This document shows positions 1 to 12,663 of a stretch of DNA of 64,000 nucleotides, piece after piece. Numbering within the stretch: the stretch's first letter is position 1; each line of letters opens with the position of its first letter. Origin of the DNA: Thalia democratica (lineage: Eukaryota); the NCBI GenBank assembly GCA_965202585.1, contig OZ241833.1, positions 47,554,001-47,618,000 of the forward strand. Direction: 5' to 3'. Made by a program: the position numbers and the translations under genes. Below the pieces are notes generated by a model that saw only the letters and a list, made by a program, of their open reading frames with translations, searched no databases and had not been told where the DNA came from.

Positions 1-2024
1 TAATTCAGGCTGGCTTTTTTGCTTAAAAGAGTGGCAAATTAAACTTATGATGTAAGTTTTGCTCAACCCAAAGTGTTAGTTTCAGTTGTAATATATGTTA
101 TAATATATCAAGTTCAAGCTTTAAACTTGAAATTTTATGCTTAAAAATTTTGGCAAAAAACTTGAATTTGAGAATTTTTGAAAAAGCCTGGAGTTTCAAA
201 CAATTTTTACATGTAAAGTAGTGAAATTTCAATTTGACACAAAAAATTTAGCAAATAAACATTTCTTTATTAAAAAATATAATTAAGTAGCTTAACAGTG
301 TTTTTTAATATAGATATACTTTATAAGACACTTTTTAAACTTTAATTAAACTTTATACTAGAAATAAAAGAAGGAATTGTACTTCTAAAAACTTTTGTTG
401 CATTGCACCTTTACTTGTAAAATTTCACCGATTGTTGTGCTTCGTGTTTGAACTAAACCAAGAAATTATACTAAAGTGTCAAAGTTAAAAAAAAATCTCT
501 AATAAAAATTCTCAGATGAGCATTAGTTTTTCTATCAGTGCTCTCATCTTAACATATTGATTAAAGTCATAAGTTGATTTGTGCAACTTTATAACCTTAA
601 TGTATTTCCTAAATAGGACTTTTTGTTGTCATTGAAGAAATAAACAAAAGTTTTTTCATTACTGCCAACAAAAATTCTTTAAAAAAGTTTTCAATTATAA
701 ACGGTATCTCATTATTGTTAATAAATTTTGCTACTTTATAACTTGCCTTAACAACTTTTTTCTGATAATGCTGTAGTTACTGAAGATGATCATGTGCTTT
801 GTTGGACCTGACTTTGATGATTTGTTTTTTTATTGTTTCTCGCAATAACTCCTAGCTAACGTTTTTTTTTTTTTGTTGCTCGTCTTTTATTTTACAACTA
901 ATATTTTTAAATTGTTATTGCAGATAAAGAATTGCTGTAATGTTTAATAAAAAAGAGGTTTTTCTCTTCGCTAATGACTCAATTAAGTTTTATACTTTCG
1001 TTAAAAATGTTTAAGAAAGTTAATTGTCCATTCCAGCTGACTTATATTTTTTTTTGGCATGTAATTTGTTTACTGTTAATAAGTTTCGATATTTCTTAAT
1101 GTTGTGAACTTTGTTTTAACTGGGTTGCTACACAAACAGGCTATTTTAAAAGCTTGAAAACTCAGATGTGTGTGAAACTTTTATTTCAAACACTAAATAA
1201 ATCTTAGAATTCCCAGAACAGTTTTTATGACTGTAGTGTAGTTTACTTATTGTAGTTTTTTCTTGTTTTTTTACACTTTGTGTATTTTTTAATGAAGATG
1301 ATATTTTTACTAGGTATTTAAGCTTGATTTACAACGATTTACTAGCTTTTTAAACTTTTAATGAACTTAGGTTGGTTTGATACAACTCAGACATTTTTGC
1401 TTTTTTAGTGACAACCATGTAAAAGACTAGTTACTAACAAGATATTTTATTTAAGAATTAATTATGCTAAAGAATTTGTTCTAGCTTTTTATAATACAAA
1501 CAGGTATTAATTTTATTAAATTAACTAATTACTTAATTTTTTAATGAATGTAAACTATTTAACACGCAAAAACTTTTTTTTGAAGTTAATATTCTTAGAA
1601 ATATGAAAAAAGGGGTTGATAATATAACAAATATATAAAAGTAACTAATAAATTGTCTTTCAAGATTGGTTTTTATAGAGAGTTAAATTGTATGTAAAAT
1701 TACAAAATTATTAAATTTAACTTAGTAAGTGCTTATGAAAGTACAAAGTTTATTAACACTTAAGTATATTAGTCAATGTAAATTTTATTCTAACTTTCAT
1801 AATAAGTCATAATGAATAGTTGACATACTTAAGGACGATTCAAGAAGTTAAAGTATCACATTATTCTTACTGTTCTAGCTTTGTATATTTTTTATATATA
1901 TATAGAACTACTAAAAAGCGTTAACTCAAAAAAAGTGATAACAAGGAAATTAATTTAACAACAATTTAATATTTTTTATTTGAGATCGACATTGAACTAC
2001 ATGATAAAACATAACTTAAAATAA

Positions 2025-2962
2025 ACAGAAAAAAAGATAGAAAATAATGATGATGTGCATAAGATACAAAGTATTGATGATAAAAACAGTATAGTAATAT
2101 CTGGTGGATTGACAACAAAATCACAGAGCGGATCAAAAAATTGGATATTCAGTAATGCTGTTTACCTATTTGATTCAGTAATGCTGTTAAAACAAACTTT
2201 TATAGTTTACACTCAAAACTAAGTTCTTCAAGGTACAGTCATCAATCTGCTACTGTTGAAGGTAACATTTACTTATTAGGAGGTGTTAGAAATGACAGTA
2301 TATTATCCGATAATGAGGTCATAACAGTTGGTCAGAAGTTGACAGTTCCACCAATGCGTAACGAAAGAAAACTTTTTGGAATGTGCTCATTTGCCGGATG
2401 CATTTTTGTGGCCGGAGGAGCTCTTAATAATTTGGAAACTTCCGCGAAATGTGAAGTTTACAGCGCAGAGTGTGGCGAATGGAGTGAAGTCAGTAGCATG
2501 AACGCAAGCAGATGCGCTTTAGCATTGACATATTTCCAAGATAAAGTGTGGGCAATCGGTGGTGGTTTGAACATGAATGTAATGGACATGGTTGAGACGT
2601 ACGATTTAGGTGAGAACAAATGGACAACAGCTGACGTCAGACTTAATCAAAAACGATACGGTCACAGGGCTGTGACCCACGAAAAAAAAATATTTGTTAT
2701 CGGTGGTTTATGGTTTAAAAAAACATGTTCAGTTGAAGTTTATTCGATCGTGACGAATCAGTTCACTTCAGTGGCTGAAATGAACATATCACGCTCGTTC
2801 TTTGGATGCAGTTTACTTGGAAATAATATTTTCGTCTTCGGGGGTTTTTTGAACAGAAACCAAATAAGTGATTCCGTTTATGACATTGAAAACGATTTTT
2901 GGTCAAAAGATCCAAGTTTACCTCTCCCGTTAGCTTCTTTTGGTTGCTCAAATAACAATTAG
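2025..2962 (+). pseudogene. Kelch-repeat (six-bladed beta-propeller) gene, intronless, frameshifted near its 5' end
   Basis: The frame of ORF 2339..2962 is open from 2174 and has five kelch blades with GG + Y/W signatures (RYSHQSATVEGNIYLLGG, IFVAGG, VWAIGG, IFVIGG, IFVFGG). A sixth blade (SIVISGGL...NAVYLFD) lies in another frame at 2025-2174 and is joined if the 11-nt insertion 2175-2185 is removed. The listed start at 2339 is TTG, not ATG. Confidence 0.8.
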
Positions 2963-5520
2963 TTATCTTACTGTGTATGAAATAAAATCTTTCTACGTAC
3001 AAACTTATATGTTTAGTAATTTCATTGAAATTTATTCATGTTTTGTTTAAAAGCAAACCATGATTTAAATTTTAATAACGAGTTTTTAATGTTTTTATTA
3101 ATAACATTTCATACTCGATCTTTTTGAATACTCAAAATTTTTTGAATTTATTGAATACTGACATTTAACTTTTCTTCCTTGTCATATACTAATGACTATT
3201 TTTCAGTTTAGAGACGGTAACTTAAAATTTTCCAATAAATTGAATATAAAAAGTAGATTAAAAAAGACCTCTCTACACATCTAATTCAAGTCTCTAAGAT
3301 TATAAGCTTTTTGTAATCTAATTCAGCTTTAAAAATAAATATTTTTAAGTAAATTCGATTTTTGAAATCTATTCTGAACTATTGAACTTAAAAGTGCAAA
3401 AGAACCATTGATAACTTATTATTATTTTTCTAATTTTTAAATGTTGTACAAAAAATAAAATAAAAGTAACATAAAATAGTAGGCTGTTTTACTTGTTAGA
3501 TGTTCAGGTGTTTTGACTTGGTTTGTGCTTCAAGTTCTCTTTAGCCTGATTATAGTTAATTTAAATAAACAGTACAATGAAATCGAAGTTTACAATAAAT
3601 TTTGAATTAAATGCAAGATTTTAGTTTTTATCGCAACAAACATTTTAATTTTTCTGTATTATTTACAATTACTATTACTTTAACTACAAAATTTGAATAA
3701 ATCGTACTACAAATAGATTATCCCTCGTTCTTACTTCACTTTATAAAGTAAAAGTGTAACAAATATACGAGTTTAAAGTTTATTACAGTAGAAAATTAAG
3801 TTAAACCGTACGGTAACCGGTGTTAAAATAGAACGTGTTTTTTCTAACTAAGTTTGGGTCGATATACTGCCACTAGCTGGAGAGATTGTAGCCTGCCAAT
3901 CAAACATTACTGAATTGCAATATCTGGAATGTTTATCGGTTAAATTCAATTTGTCTTGTATTTTGAAAAAAAATTATATGAAAATTTGTAATAGATTTAT
4001 TTTTTGGACGAAGAAAAATAAGCTAATGGTATTTACAAAGGACAAATGAAAATATTTTTTAGAACAAAGTTACATGTGCTAATTTCAGTCATTTAATTTG
4101 TGTTTTATAACGGTAGCAATTTTTTAAAACTAATTATGTGTTGCTAACGTAAAAACACAAAACATTTAAATTAAATGCTGTTAGACAGGAATTCGCCAAA
4201 TGAGAAAAGATATTTTTTAATCATTGTGAGTAGGTTTATAATATGTTAAGTAAATTTACATTTGATGTTCTTAACTAAATTCTTTAGAATAGCAATTGCT
4301 TCCAGCTTATATATGCAATAGAGCAATAAGACTTCTGTGAGATTACTAATATCGAGTAAAAATAAAGTTTACACCATATCTTAGCTTAAATTTTCCATAA
4401 TTTGAATTATTTGTTTAAGATAAGTTTTAATAGCTAACATTAATATAAATTTGTGAACTGTCCTTTTATAATCAATAAAAGTAATTAAGTTACATTTTAC
4501 TGTGTTAACTGATCTACGTTTAAAAACGAATAAATAACAATCTCCATTTAAAGGTATTTTAAGTTTATAAGTTTGTATCATCAGAAACTTAAATTTTTCT
4601 ATAAAAACAAATTTTCACTAGTTTATCAGCCTTAAATACCACAACTTTAATTTAAATCAGTCTTTTCTGAAAATAATACTTTACTTTATGATATTTATTA
4701 ATAAAGTGAATTAATTATAAAGATCAGCTTAAAGCAATTAGATCATCAAATGTAAATTAAGAAAATGTAATTATTCATTTAAAAAGCTTGATATAGAAAA
4801 AGTAAAACTGTGGCAGCTGTATTCTATTCTATTTTTTACATTAAAATAAAAAATATATAAATTTTAGGGATCTTGCATTAATTGTTATCTGGCATAACTA
4901 TTACGTCACATAAGCTACTATGCTAAGTATCTGAAATTCGTACTTTCTTAAAATTACGACCACCATAAAATTGTTTGCAATGGGAATCACTTAGTTAAAA
5001 CCGCGATCAATTCCCACCCAATCAAACTCGAGAACAGCGTACGACCAAGGGTTTTATTGATAGTAAAATAAATAAAAAATAAAAAAGTTGTGGGAATCGA
5101 GCGGTTCCAAGTATTTTAAATAAACTGCATTAGAGACAGTTTAAAAACTATGGAAATTTTAATTATTTTGTATTTTAAATTCTAACTATTTTATATTTTC
5201 AAAGTGATAAGTTTTATATTAAATGTTTGAAAAAGAAACATTTGATAGGACTTAATAAACTATTAATATATGTAATCAAAAAGATGCTAACTTGAGCTAG
5301 TAATAATATTTATACTATAAACTTATTGTGTATAGTAAGCTGCCGTTTTGTGCAGTCTTACTTTATTCAAATTTTAGTTATGGAAAAAACAACCAAATAA
5401 ATAAGCTACTTAATAATAAAAAAAGCTTAATGCCCATAGAAAATGGACATTTTGGACATTTAGAAACATATAATTGAAATAAGATTACTCCAAACTCATA
5501 CCATCGAGTTTTCTTCCTTT

Positions 5521-5847
5521 TTAATACTTTCTATTACGACGAAATCTTCTTTTCCCCTTTCTATTGACAACATCGTCATTCTGATAATAACCGTCGCTTG
5601 TGGTGAACGACTCACATATCTGATCAAAAATCGTGGTGCTTCTGGACGTGAACTCTTTGCGCTTTATCAGAGCGAACTTATTCCACTTGACCCGTATTCT
5701 GTCCCACGGCTCGTCGGGGTTCGAGGATAGAAACTCCGACTCCTTTGCCAGGAACAGTCGCGTTATGCTGTCAACGTAATGTTCTTCAAGTTGGGAGTTA
5801 GTGGAAGATATTTTATTTTCAGTGGTATTTTCGGGGTCGATTGTCAT
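5521..5847 (-). CDS. Small intronless orphan protein (108 aa) with a helical core and a basic C-terminus (NRKGKRRFRRNRKY)
   Basis: ORF track 5521..5853 starts at GTG; first ATG is at 5847. The ORF is a GC/CpG-richer island in very AT-rich flanks and has a protein-like composition. No family recognised. Confidence 0.55.
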   Translation of the reverse strand: MTIDPENTTENKISSTNSQLEEHYVDSITRLFLAKESEFLSSNPDEPWDRIRVKWNKFALIKRKEFTSRSTTIFDQICESFTTSDGYYQNDDVVNRKGKRRFRRNRKY

Positions 5848-5978
5848 TTCCACTAATTTTTTCTAAGCTAATCAAAACGCTCAAATAACTAAATTCCCCT
5901 TTACTACACAGTAAAGTAAAAATATAATAAAACTATAAAACCTGTGCAAAATAAAAATAGTAAACAAAAAACAAATGG

Positions 5979-6810
5979 AAATAACGAAGTAACTCTTCGA
6001 AAAAAAAAATAGTAAAATTATACGATAAAAATTTTATTGCAAAAAGTTCATATTCAAAACTCATATATATCGAAAATTAAAAACTGCAAGACATAATTTA
6101 ATAAATAGGAATTTTTTTTGTAATAAATTGTCCCTTAAATAAGAATTATTAGTTTTAATTTAATTCTGTTTAAGATAAAATAATAAATAACTAAAAAGTA
6201 AAATAAAAATACAAATCTAATATTAAAATATAAAGAAATCTAATAAATTATCTTTATATTTTAACTAAATATTTTAAACTTATAGTTTGGAAAAAATATT
6301 AAACAAAAAAAATGCAAATTACGAAGTACACTTTGAAAAAAATTAGTAAAATCGTACGATAAAAACTTTATTCAAAAAAGATCATATTCAAAACTCATTT
6401 ATATCGAAAATAAAAATTGCAAGACATAAACTGGTAACAAAGATTTTTCTTTTATAAGTTGTCCTTTTAAAGAGAATTTTTAGTTTTAATTTGATTTCGT
6501 GAAAACTAACTAAACTAACTATATAAACTAAGTAATCTAATAAATAAATAAAAAGTAAAATAATATAACAAATCTTGTTATATACTTAACTAATTTTTTT
6601 TAATTATGTTAAATATTTTAAATTTATAATTTTCTATAGCTTTAATATACTTCAAAATAGCTTATTTATCATAGAATTTTATTTTACAGCTATCAAAAAA
6701 TAAAAAGAATATCAAAAAAAAAAATTGCAAGACATAATCTGGTAAAACGAATTTTTTTTTTAATAAATTAAGTTTAAAAAGAGAAATATTAGTTTAAATT
6801 TAATTCTACG
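5979..6810. repeat. Degenerate tandem repeat, unit about 340-400 bp, about 2.5 copies
   Basis: Block aaat(a/t)acgaagta...tacgataaaaa...catattcaaaactcat...atcgaaaa...tgcaagacataa at about 5979-6165 and 6316-6500, with a partial third copy at 6721-6810. Confidence 0.7.
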
Positions 6811-7835
6811 TAAACTAACTAAAAAACTTATTAAATTTTATTTAACTTCTATCAGTTTAATTAAACCTGTAAAACTTTATGTAAAAGTTTGTATTGTGAT
6901 CTATATGGTATTGTGATGTGATCTATAAAGTAAAAAGTACATAATTTGATATAGTATATAAAAACCAAAAATTAAAAAAATCAAGAAGTTAACAAAATAC
7001 AATAGATTTTAATTAAAATTATTTTTAGTAACTTATATTTTGGAAATTTTGGAATTTTGGAAAAAGTAACTATTAATACTAACTAACTCAAACTTATTAG
7101 TCTTTAACAAACTTTTGAATGTAAATTTTTATAAATATTCTGAACTGTTTAAAATATTAAAAAAGATTAAAGAAAAAAAAAAATTGTTCTCCAATTAGCA
7201 ACTTTCGTTGAATTCTACATAAAAAGTAAGACATATTCAAAAACTTGAGCTAAATAATTACTACAAAGATTTTAAAACCGTCTCACAACTAATTTTATGG
7301 TCGCGAACATTTTAAAAGACAATAAAGTTGATGTAGATTAAATTGTAATGCTTTTGTCTTAAAAGATAACAACCATAAGGTTTTAACTTATTGCTAAGGA
7401 GAATAATATAAACTCGAACAATTTAGTATTTTATATTCAAAACAAAATTTCACTCAAAAAAGTTTACCAAATTATTAATTTTAATTATAGCTAAAAGTAT
7501 AAGTTTGGTAAAACATAATATTAGACTGATTCTTTTCTATTTGAATTTCTTAAGTTATTGCTTTTTTTTATATCTTAAATAAAAAAACACTTTTCCGTTC
7601 ATTAAAATGCTTGTCAAATTTTTTAGAGCCGACATTTAAGTGACGAAATTTGTTGCGTTAACCAGCGACCAACTCACTGTAGGGTAGAGACTGTATGCTT
7701 AAAATGGACTTCAACTTGTTTTTATTTACCCTTAGCCAGCGCATGCTTGGTCATGTTCTAAAGAGGGGTAAAGATCACAAAGTATTTGCTATATTTCAAG
7801 ATTGTCGTTGGTAAATGCAACTGCAATATCTAATA

Positions 7836-7997
7836 CAGTGCTTATTCACTTATCCGGACTTCACTTATTGCATTATATGAAGCAGTTATGATATTATATA
7901 AAACATTGAATATTTGTACTTATTGGGAATTATGTTTTCCCGGACACGTTTAAAGAAAAATATTGCCAAACTTGTCCGGATAAGTGAATAAGCACTG
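7836..7997. mobile_element. 162-bp Tc1/mariner-type MITE
   Basis: Perfect 24-bp terminal inverted repeats CAGTGCTTATTCACTTATCCGGAC (7836-7859) and GTCCGGATAAGTGAATAAGCACTG (7974-7997), flanked by TA on both sides (7834-7835, 7998-7999). Confidence 0.92.
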
Positions 7998-10900
7998 TAC
8001 AACGTTTTAAGAACTTAGCAAACACTAACCTAAATGTCAGCACTAGATAGATATTTTATCTTAATATGATGCCCGGTAGCTATCTAAGCAACAACTAACA
8101 ATTTAATATATTGTTATAGAAGGTATTAAAACTATACATAGGAAATATTAGATTTATTAGTATTCTTAAGTTAAATAACTTTTTTTTTTGTTGCTAGAAA
8201 ACCTTATATGCAATTTTATTATTATTCTTAAAGCTTATAGCATATAATGAAAACTTTATGCTATAGCAGTATTAAACTACGTGCAGAAGTAGTGTTCTAG
8301 TAGATCAATATAATACTTACGATGTTTTTATATGTAATTCTAAATAACACTTTGTCAACTAAAATACTCTTTTGATTATGCCTAACCTGATACAACCTTT
8401 AACTAAAATATACATTAAACTAAAAACTAATTGAAATGAAACATTACCTAATAATTTAAACTTTTAAAATCATATAAAAATTGTAGCAACAAGAATATTT
8501 TTAAAATCACTTTATGTTTTGCACTCTGAAAAGAGGTGTATATAACCCTAAATTATTTTTTTTAATTTATAAAAAACTTTCAATTAACAACCAAAGCAAC
8601 TTAAGTATAATGATTCTCATTTTAATAAATTTTACTTAAAATTTATAGAAAAGATCAAAGGATTTTTTTAAATTCTACAAATTTTTATTGCAGAGTACAA
8701 ATTTTTAAACGTTTTAAGATTTTACACTCAATAAAAACTTTTTTTTAACTAATAGAACTAAAGTACATTCATGCAACTAAGTAAAAAGTAGCGAAAAATA
8801 AATTATGACGTAATCATTCAAAACTGTGTTTAAAAATAATATGTAAAAAGCTAGAAGATTTTAAGTACATTATAATGATATTAATTTGTAATGATAAAAT
8901 TTGTAACAGAAAATAAATACTAATAAATGTCTTTTTTTGTATAGTTGATATTAATGTGAATTTATAAATTCATTTATTTGCCCTATTTATTTTGTAGAAA
9001 ATCATTTAAAATAATATGAGAACTCATCTAGGTTTTTATACAATAGATTAACAACACATAATGATTTATAACAAAAACAGTAAAAATAAAATTAAGACAT
9101 AATGTTAACTTATAATTATTAGGCTTTTATAAAACATAAAAAAGTTTACCATGTATTAAAGTATCCTTAGAAAAAAGCAGCTTTGTTAATACTGAAAAAT
9201 AATCAGCTATTCTAAAAACAAGCTTAAAATAAGTACAAAACTTGTTGTATGTCGTCAACCGAAATCATTTTACTGAAATATACTATGTATAGACTCATTA
9301 TTAAAAAAAAATTAAATTAGGACCACTAAAAATAAAATATCATAAAATTATAGTTAACGGAAAGTGTTTAGATATTCTAGTCCATTCTTTACACCATCAC
9401 TTTAGATCTACATTTTATAACAATTATTATTCATTATTTGGTTTATATAGATTTTATATGTGTTATTTAAAGAGTTCATGTTGTTTTTAGTTTAACTTAT
9501 TAAAAAAATTTAAACAGTCGCGATATCAAAAATTGTACATTTTGTTTTGTATAAGAAAAAGTCAGTTTGTTTTTAAGTTAAGGTAATATTTTTTAACTTA
9601 GTTTTGTATTTGTGTTACTACTTAAAGCTGTTACTAAAATCTATATTTATTTTTCAACAGCATGCAAATACCAAAATCCAAGTTTATTGTAAAAGTTGGT
9701 AGGTGTCAAAAATACAAGAAGTAACACTTTGGAACAAAGAGAGTTTTGTGCGGGTTAGAACTTTTTTAATTTATTCAATTTAATTTTTTATTTTACTATT
9801 ACTGTTACACTGAACCCTTTCTCTTGGTAGATAGGTTATTTTGTTAGTTTCTAGAACTAGTTTCTTTTTTATTAACAACTTTTTACTCTTTTTCATAATA
9901 TCACTTGTGCAAAATTGAATTCCCGCGCAAAAGTGACCTTTTTTACAAAATTTTAGGTACCTAGCTTGAGTTTTTTTTATTCTTTTTACTTTTAATTTGG
10001 TTAAAAAACAACAACCTCAAAAACTAATAGGTTTTGTTTTTAACACGTGAACGATGCTGTTTAATTTTTTTTACTTAACTTAGTGATATTATATTATTTA
10101 AATATTATTAGTAAGCTTCTTTTCTATTTATACTACAAGCAACTTTAAGTTTTTAGTATCTGGATTCGTTCGGATCCTATTTTAAAAATAAGATTCAGTT
10201 TCAGACCCTATTAAAAAAAAACATCTAGAACCGGCCGGATCATAGTTTTCCGGAACTGGTAAATCGCTACTGTATATCTCTAATACGTTAACAATAAAAG
10301 CTCACAACTTTTGTATAAAAGCGATTTTAAAACATATTTTCATGGTTTTAGCTACGTTTGAAAACTAAGGTATGAGACATAGAGTAAATGACCAATTAAC
10401 TAAAAAAAGACAATAACTAATAAGGGCAGGCAATTATATAGTGAATTTCTATGAAGTGGGCAATTATAAAAAATAGTATTGGAAAACCCTTTTCTAAATC
10501 AAGTTATGAGTGTACTTATGAATATATTTAGTTAAACATTCTTAATTAAAATAATTTAGCTGATTAAGACCGTCAAAACTAAAGCATTGTAATGGAATAT
10601 CAGTTTCACTGCTGTTCTATTTAGTTGAACATCAAATATTATAAAACCAGTCAACCGGAGAGAAAGTTGTTCTGAAACAAGTTTACCTTTTTAAGGAATA
10701 GCTATATAAACCAGCCACAGTGTGATATCAATGATGTTCTAGTCAAGACCTTTCAGATGGAGTTCTAGAACTGAACTTATTTGTTATTGTATTGTTTATT
10801 GTAAATTTGTTATTTACAATAAAGTTTTGGATTTTATTTTAAAGTAGATAGTTTTCAATCTGGTTATGTATTGTTATGTTATATTTCTGTGAGACTTATC

Positions 10901-11544
10901 TCTTGTGTAAAAGTTTTTACCACATATAGAGTATTTTCTAAAGTAAGATATCCTTTATTTTTTAGTGTTTGATATATTCTTCAATATAGAATATAACCAC
11001 CAAAAATCATGCCTAGTCTTTATAAGCAGTATACAATACTTTTAAATATCATTTAGTTCTAAGTAAAGTTTAAATTCAATTATGGTTATCAGTGTGATTC
11101 TACACTGCACTATATTCTTACATTATATCATCAAGGTAAAAAGTCACTAGCTTTTTAGAAAATAATTAATTAAGACCAGAACAGTATTTTACTATAACAA
11201 ATCTTACTTGTTTACCTATATAACCTTTTAAATTTAACACAATTTTTATCACCTTTTTATCTCAAATTCTCTTATATGTTTGACATTTTTAATTAATAGT
11301 GAATTTGTTTTAACAGTATATTTAGATATAGTTTACAAATTAAAGTATTCATTTAATTTTAAAAAGCAATGTTTGCATTTATTATTTAACTTATTAAAAG
11401 CCCTAAAGGTTTTACCATAACAACAAAGACATATGGGGTTAAACATATTATCAGGAAATAAGGGGTTATATTGATAAAAATACCACAAAGAGATTATACT
11501 ATGAATAACAAAGGGTATAGTCCAAGTGAAAGTTATAGTTACCA

Positions 11545-11960
11545 TAGAACTGATAAATTTTAAGTCCACAAAGTCAAAATAAAACTGACAAATTTTAAGT
11601 CCACAAAGTCACTATAGAGCTGACAAAATTCTAGTCCACTAAGTCAAAATAGAACTAAAAAAATATAACTCAACAATTTCATTATACAATGGACAAGCTT
11701 TAAGTCCACTAAGTCAAAGTTAAACTAACATATTTTAAGACCAAAAGCCAATAAAGAATTAAAAAATATAATTCCACAAAGACACAACAGAACTGAGAAA
11801 CTAAATCCACAAATTAAAAATAGAATACTAAGAAAAATAGAATTTTAAGTCCACAAAGTTATTATAGAACTGACAAAATTTAGTTCACAAAGTCACAATA
11901 AAACTAACAAAATATAAGTCCAAATAGTTCTCAGGATTATTAAAAACATATGAGTACAAA
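11545..11960. repeat. Minisatellite, ~35-bp unit (agaactgacaaattttaagtccacaaagtcaaaat), about 11 degenerate copies
   Basis: Repeated aagtccac(a/t)aagtca core seen directly. Confidence 0.9.
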
Positions 11961-12355
11961 TAAATCAAAAAAATTTTGACCAATTTTAAATCATAAGAAG
12001 TCACGTTAAATATAAATTAGACTGTTGAATTTTATTAGCATTATAGAAAAAGACATTATTTATTAGTAAATAGGAAGCAAAGACCAGTAACATGCTGAAA
12101 ATATTTATGAACTTATATCATGGGGGTTTGCATAGGCATGACTATTGAGTGATATTTTCAGTTAAAAAAGTTGTTTCCAATATAATGTTGATTTTTTTTT
12201 GTTTAGCAACTTAAAATTTTTCAAATAAATACTTTGAAAAATACATTTTGAGAAACTGAGCGCTATTGTTATTTTAAATGTGAGATCTTTAAAACCATCT
12301 TTTGAATTTTTTTTTATAATTGTCTACTTAATTTTTTGTTTTTATTTAATTTTAA

Positions 12356-12663
12356 CAGTGTTTCCAAAAAACCTGGAATCCTGAAAAAACCTAGAGTTTG
12401 ACTATTTAGGCTAAACAAACCTGTAATATTAAGCAGTTTTCACATGTAAAGTAGTAAAATTTCTATTTTACACATTAAATGTATCGTACAGATAATAAAT
12501 ATTGTCATCATTAACAATATTTTATTAATAAACACATTTGAAGAAGCTTTTAGATATTATTTTACATTAAATTAAAAATAGACCAGAAAACGTGAAACTA
12601 TAAAATCCTGGAAGAAATTTTGAATATCTGGAGAAAAGTTTCCAAAAACATCTGGAAACCCTG
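12356..12663. mobile_element. Non-autonomous DNA transposon (hAT-like MITE)
   Basis: Termini CAGTGTTTCCA / TGGAAACCCTG (10 of 11 inverted match). Internal 12414-12473 resembles 181-240 (tacatgtaaagtagt.aaattt), so it is a dispersed family. No clean 8-bp TSD. Confidence 0.5.

Noticed and set aside
3820-3910. Cluster of motif-like sites (AACCGGT, CCACTAGCTGG, GCCAATCA)
   Set aside because: Short motifs with mismatches and no linked transcription start; cannot be supported from sequence alone.
7621-7800. GC-richer island that might be a snoRNA or exon
   Set aside because: No convincing C/D or H/ACA boxes, and no partner exons or recognisable peptide.
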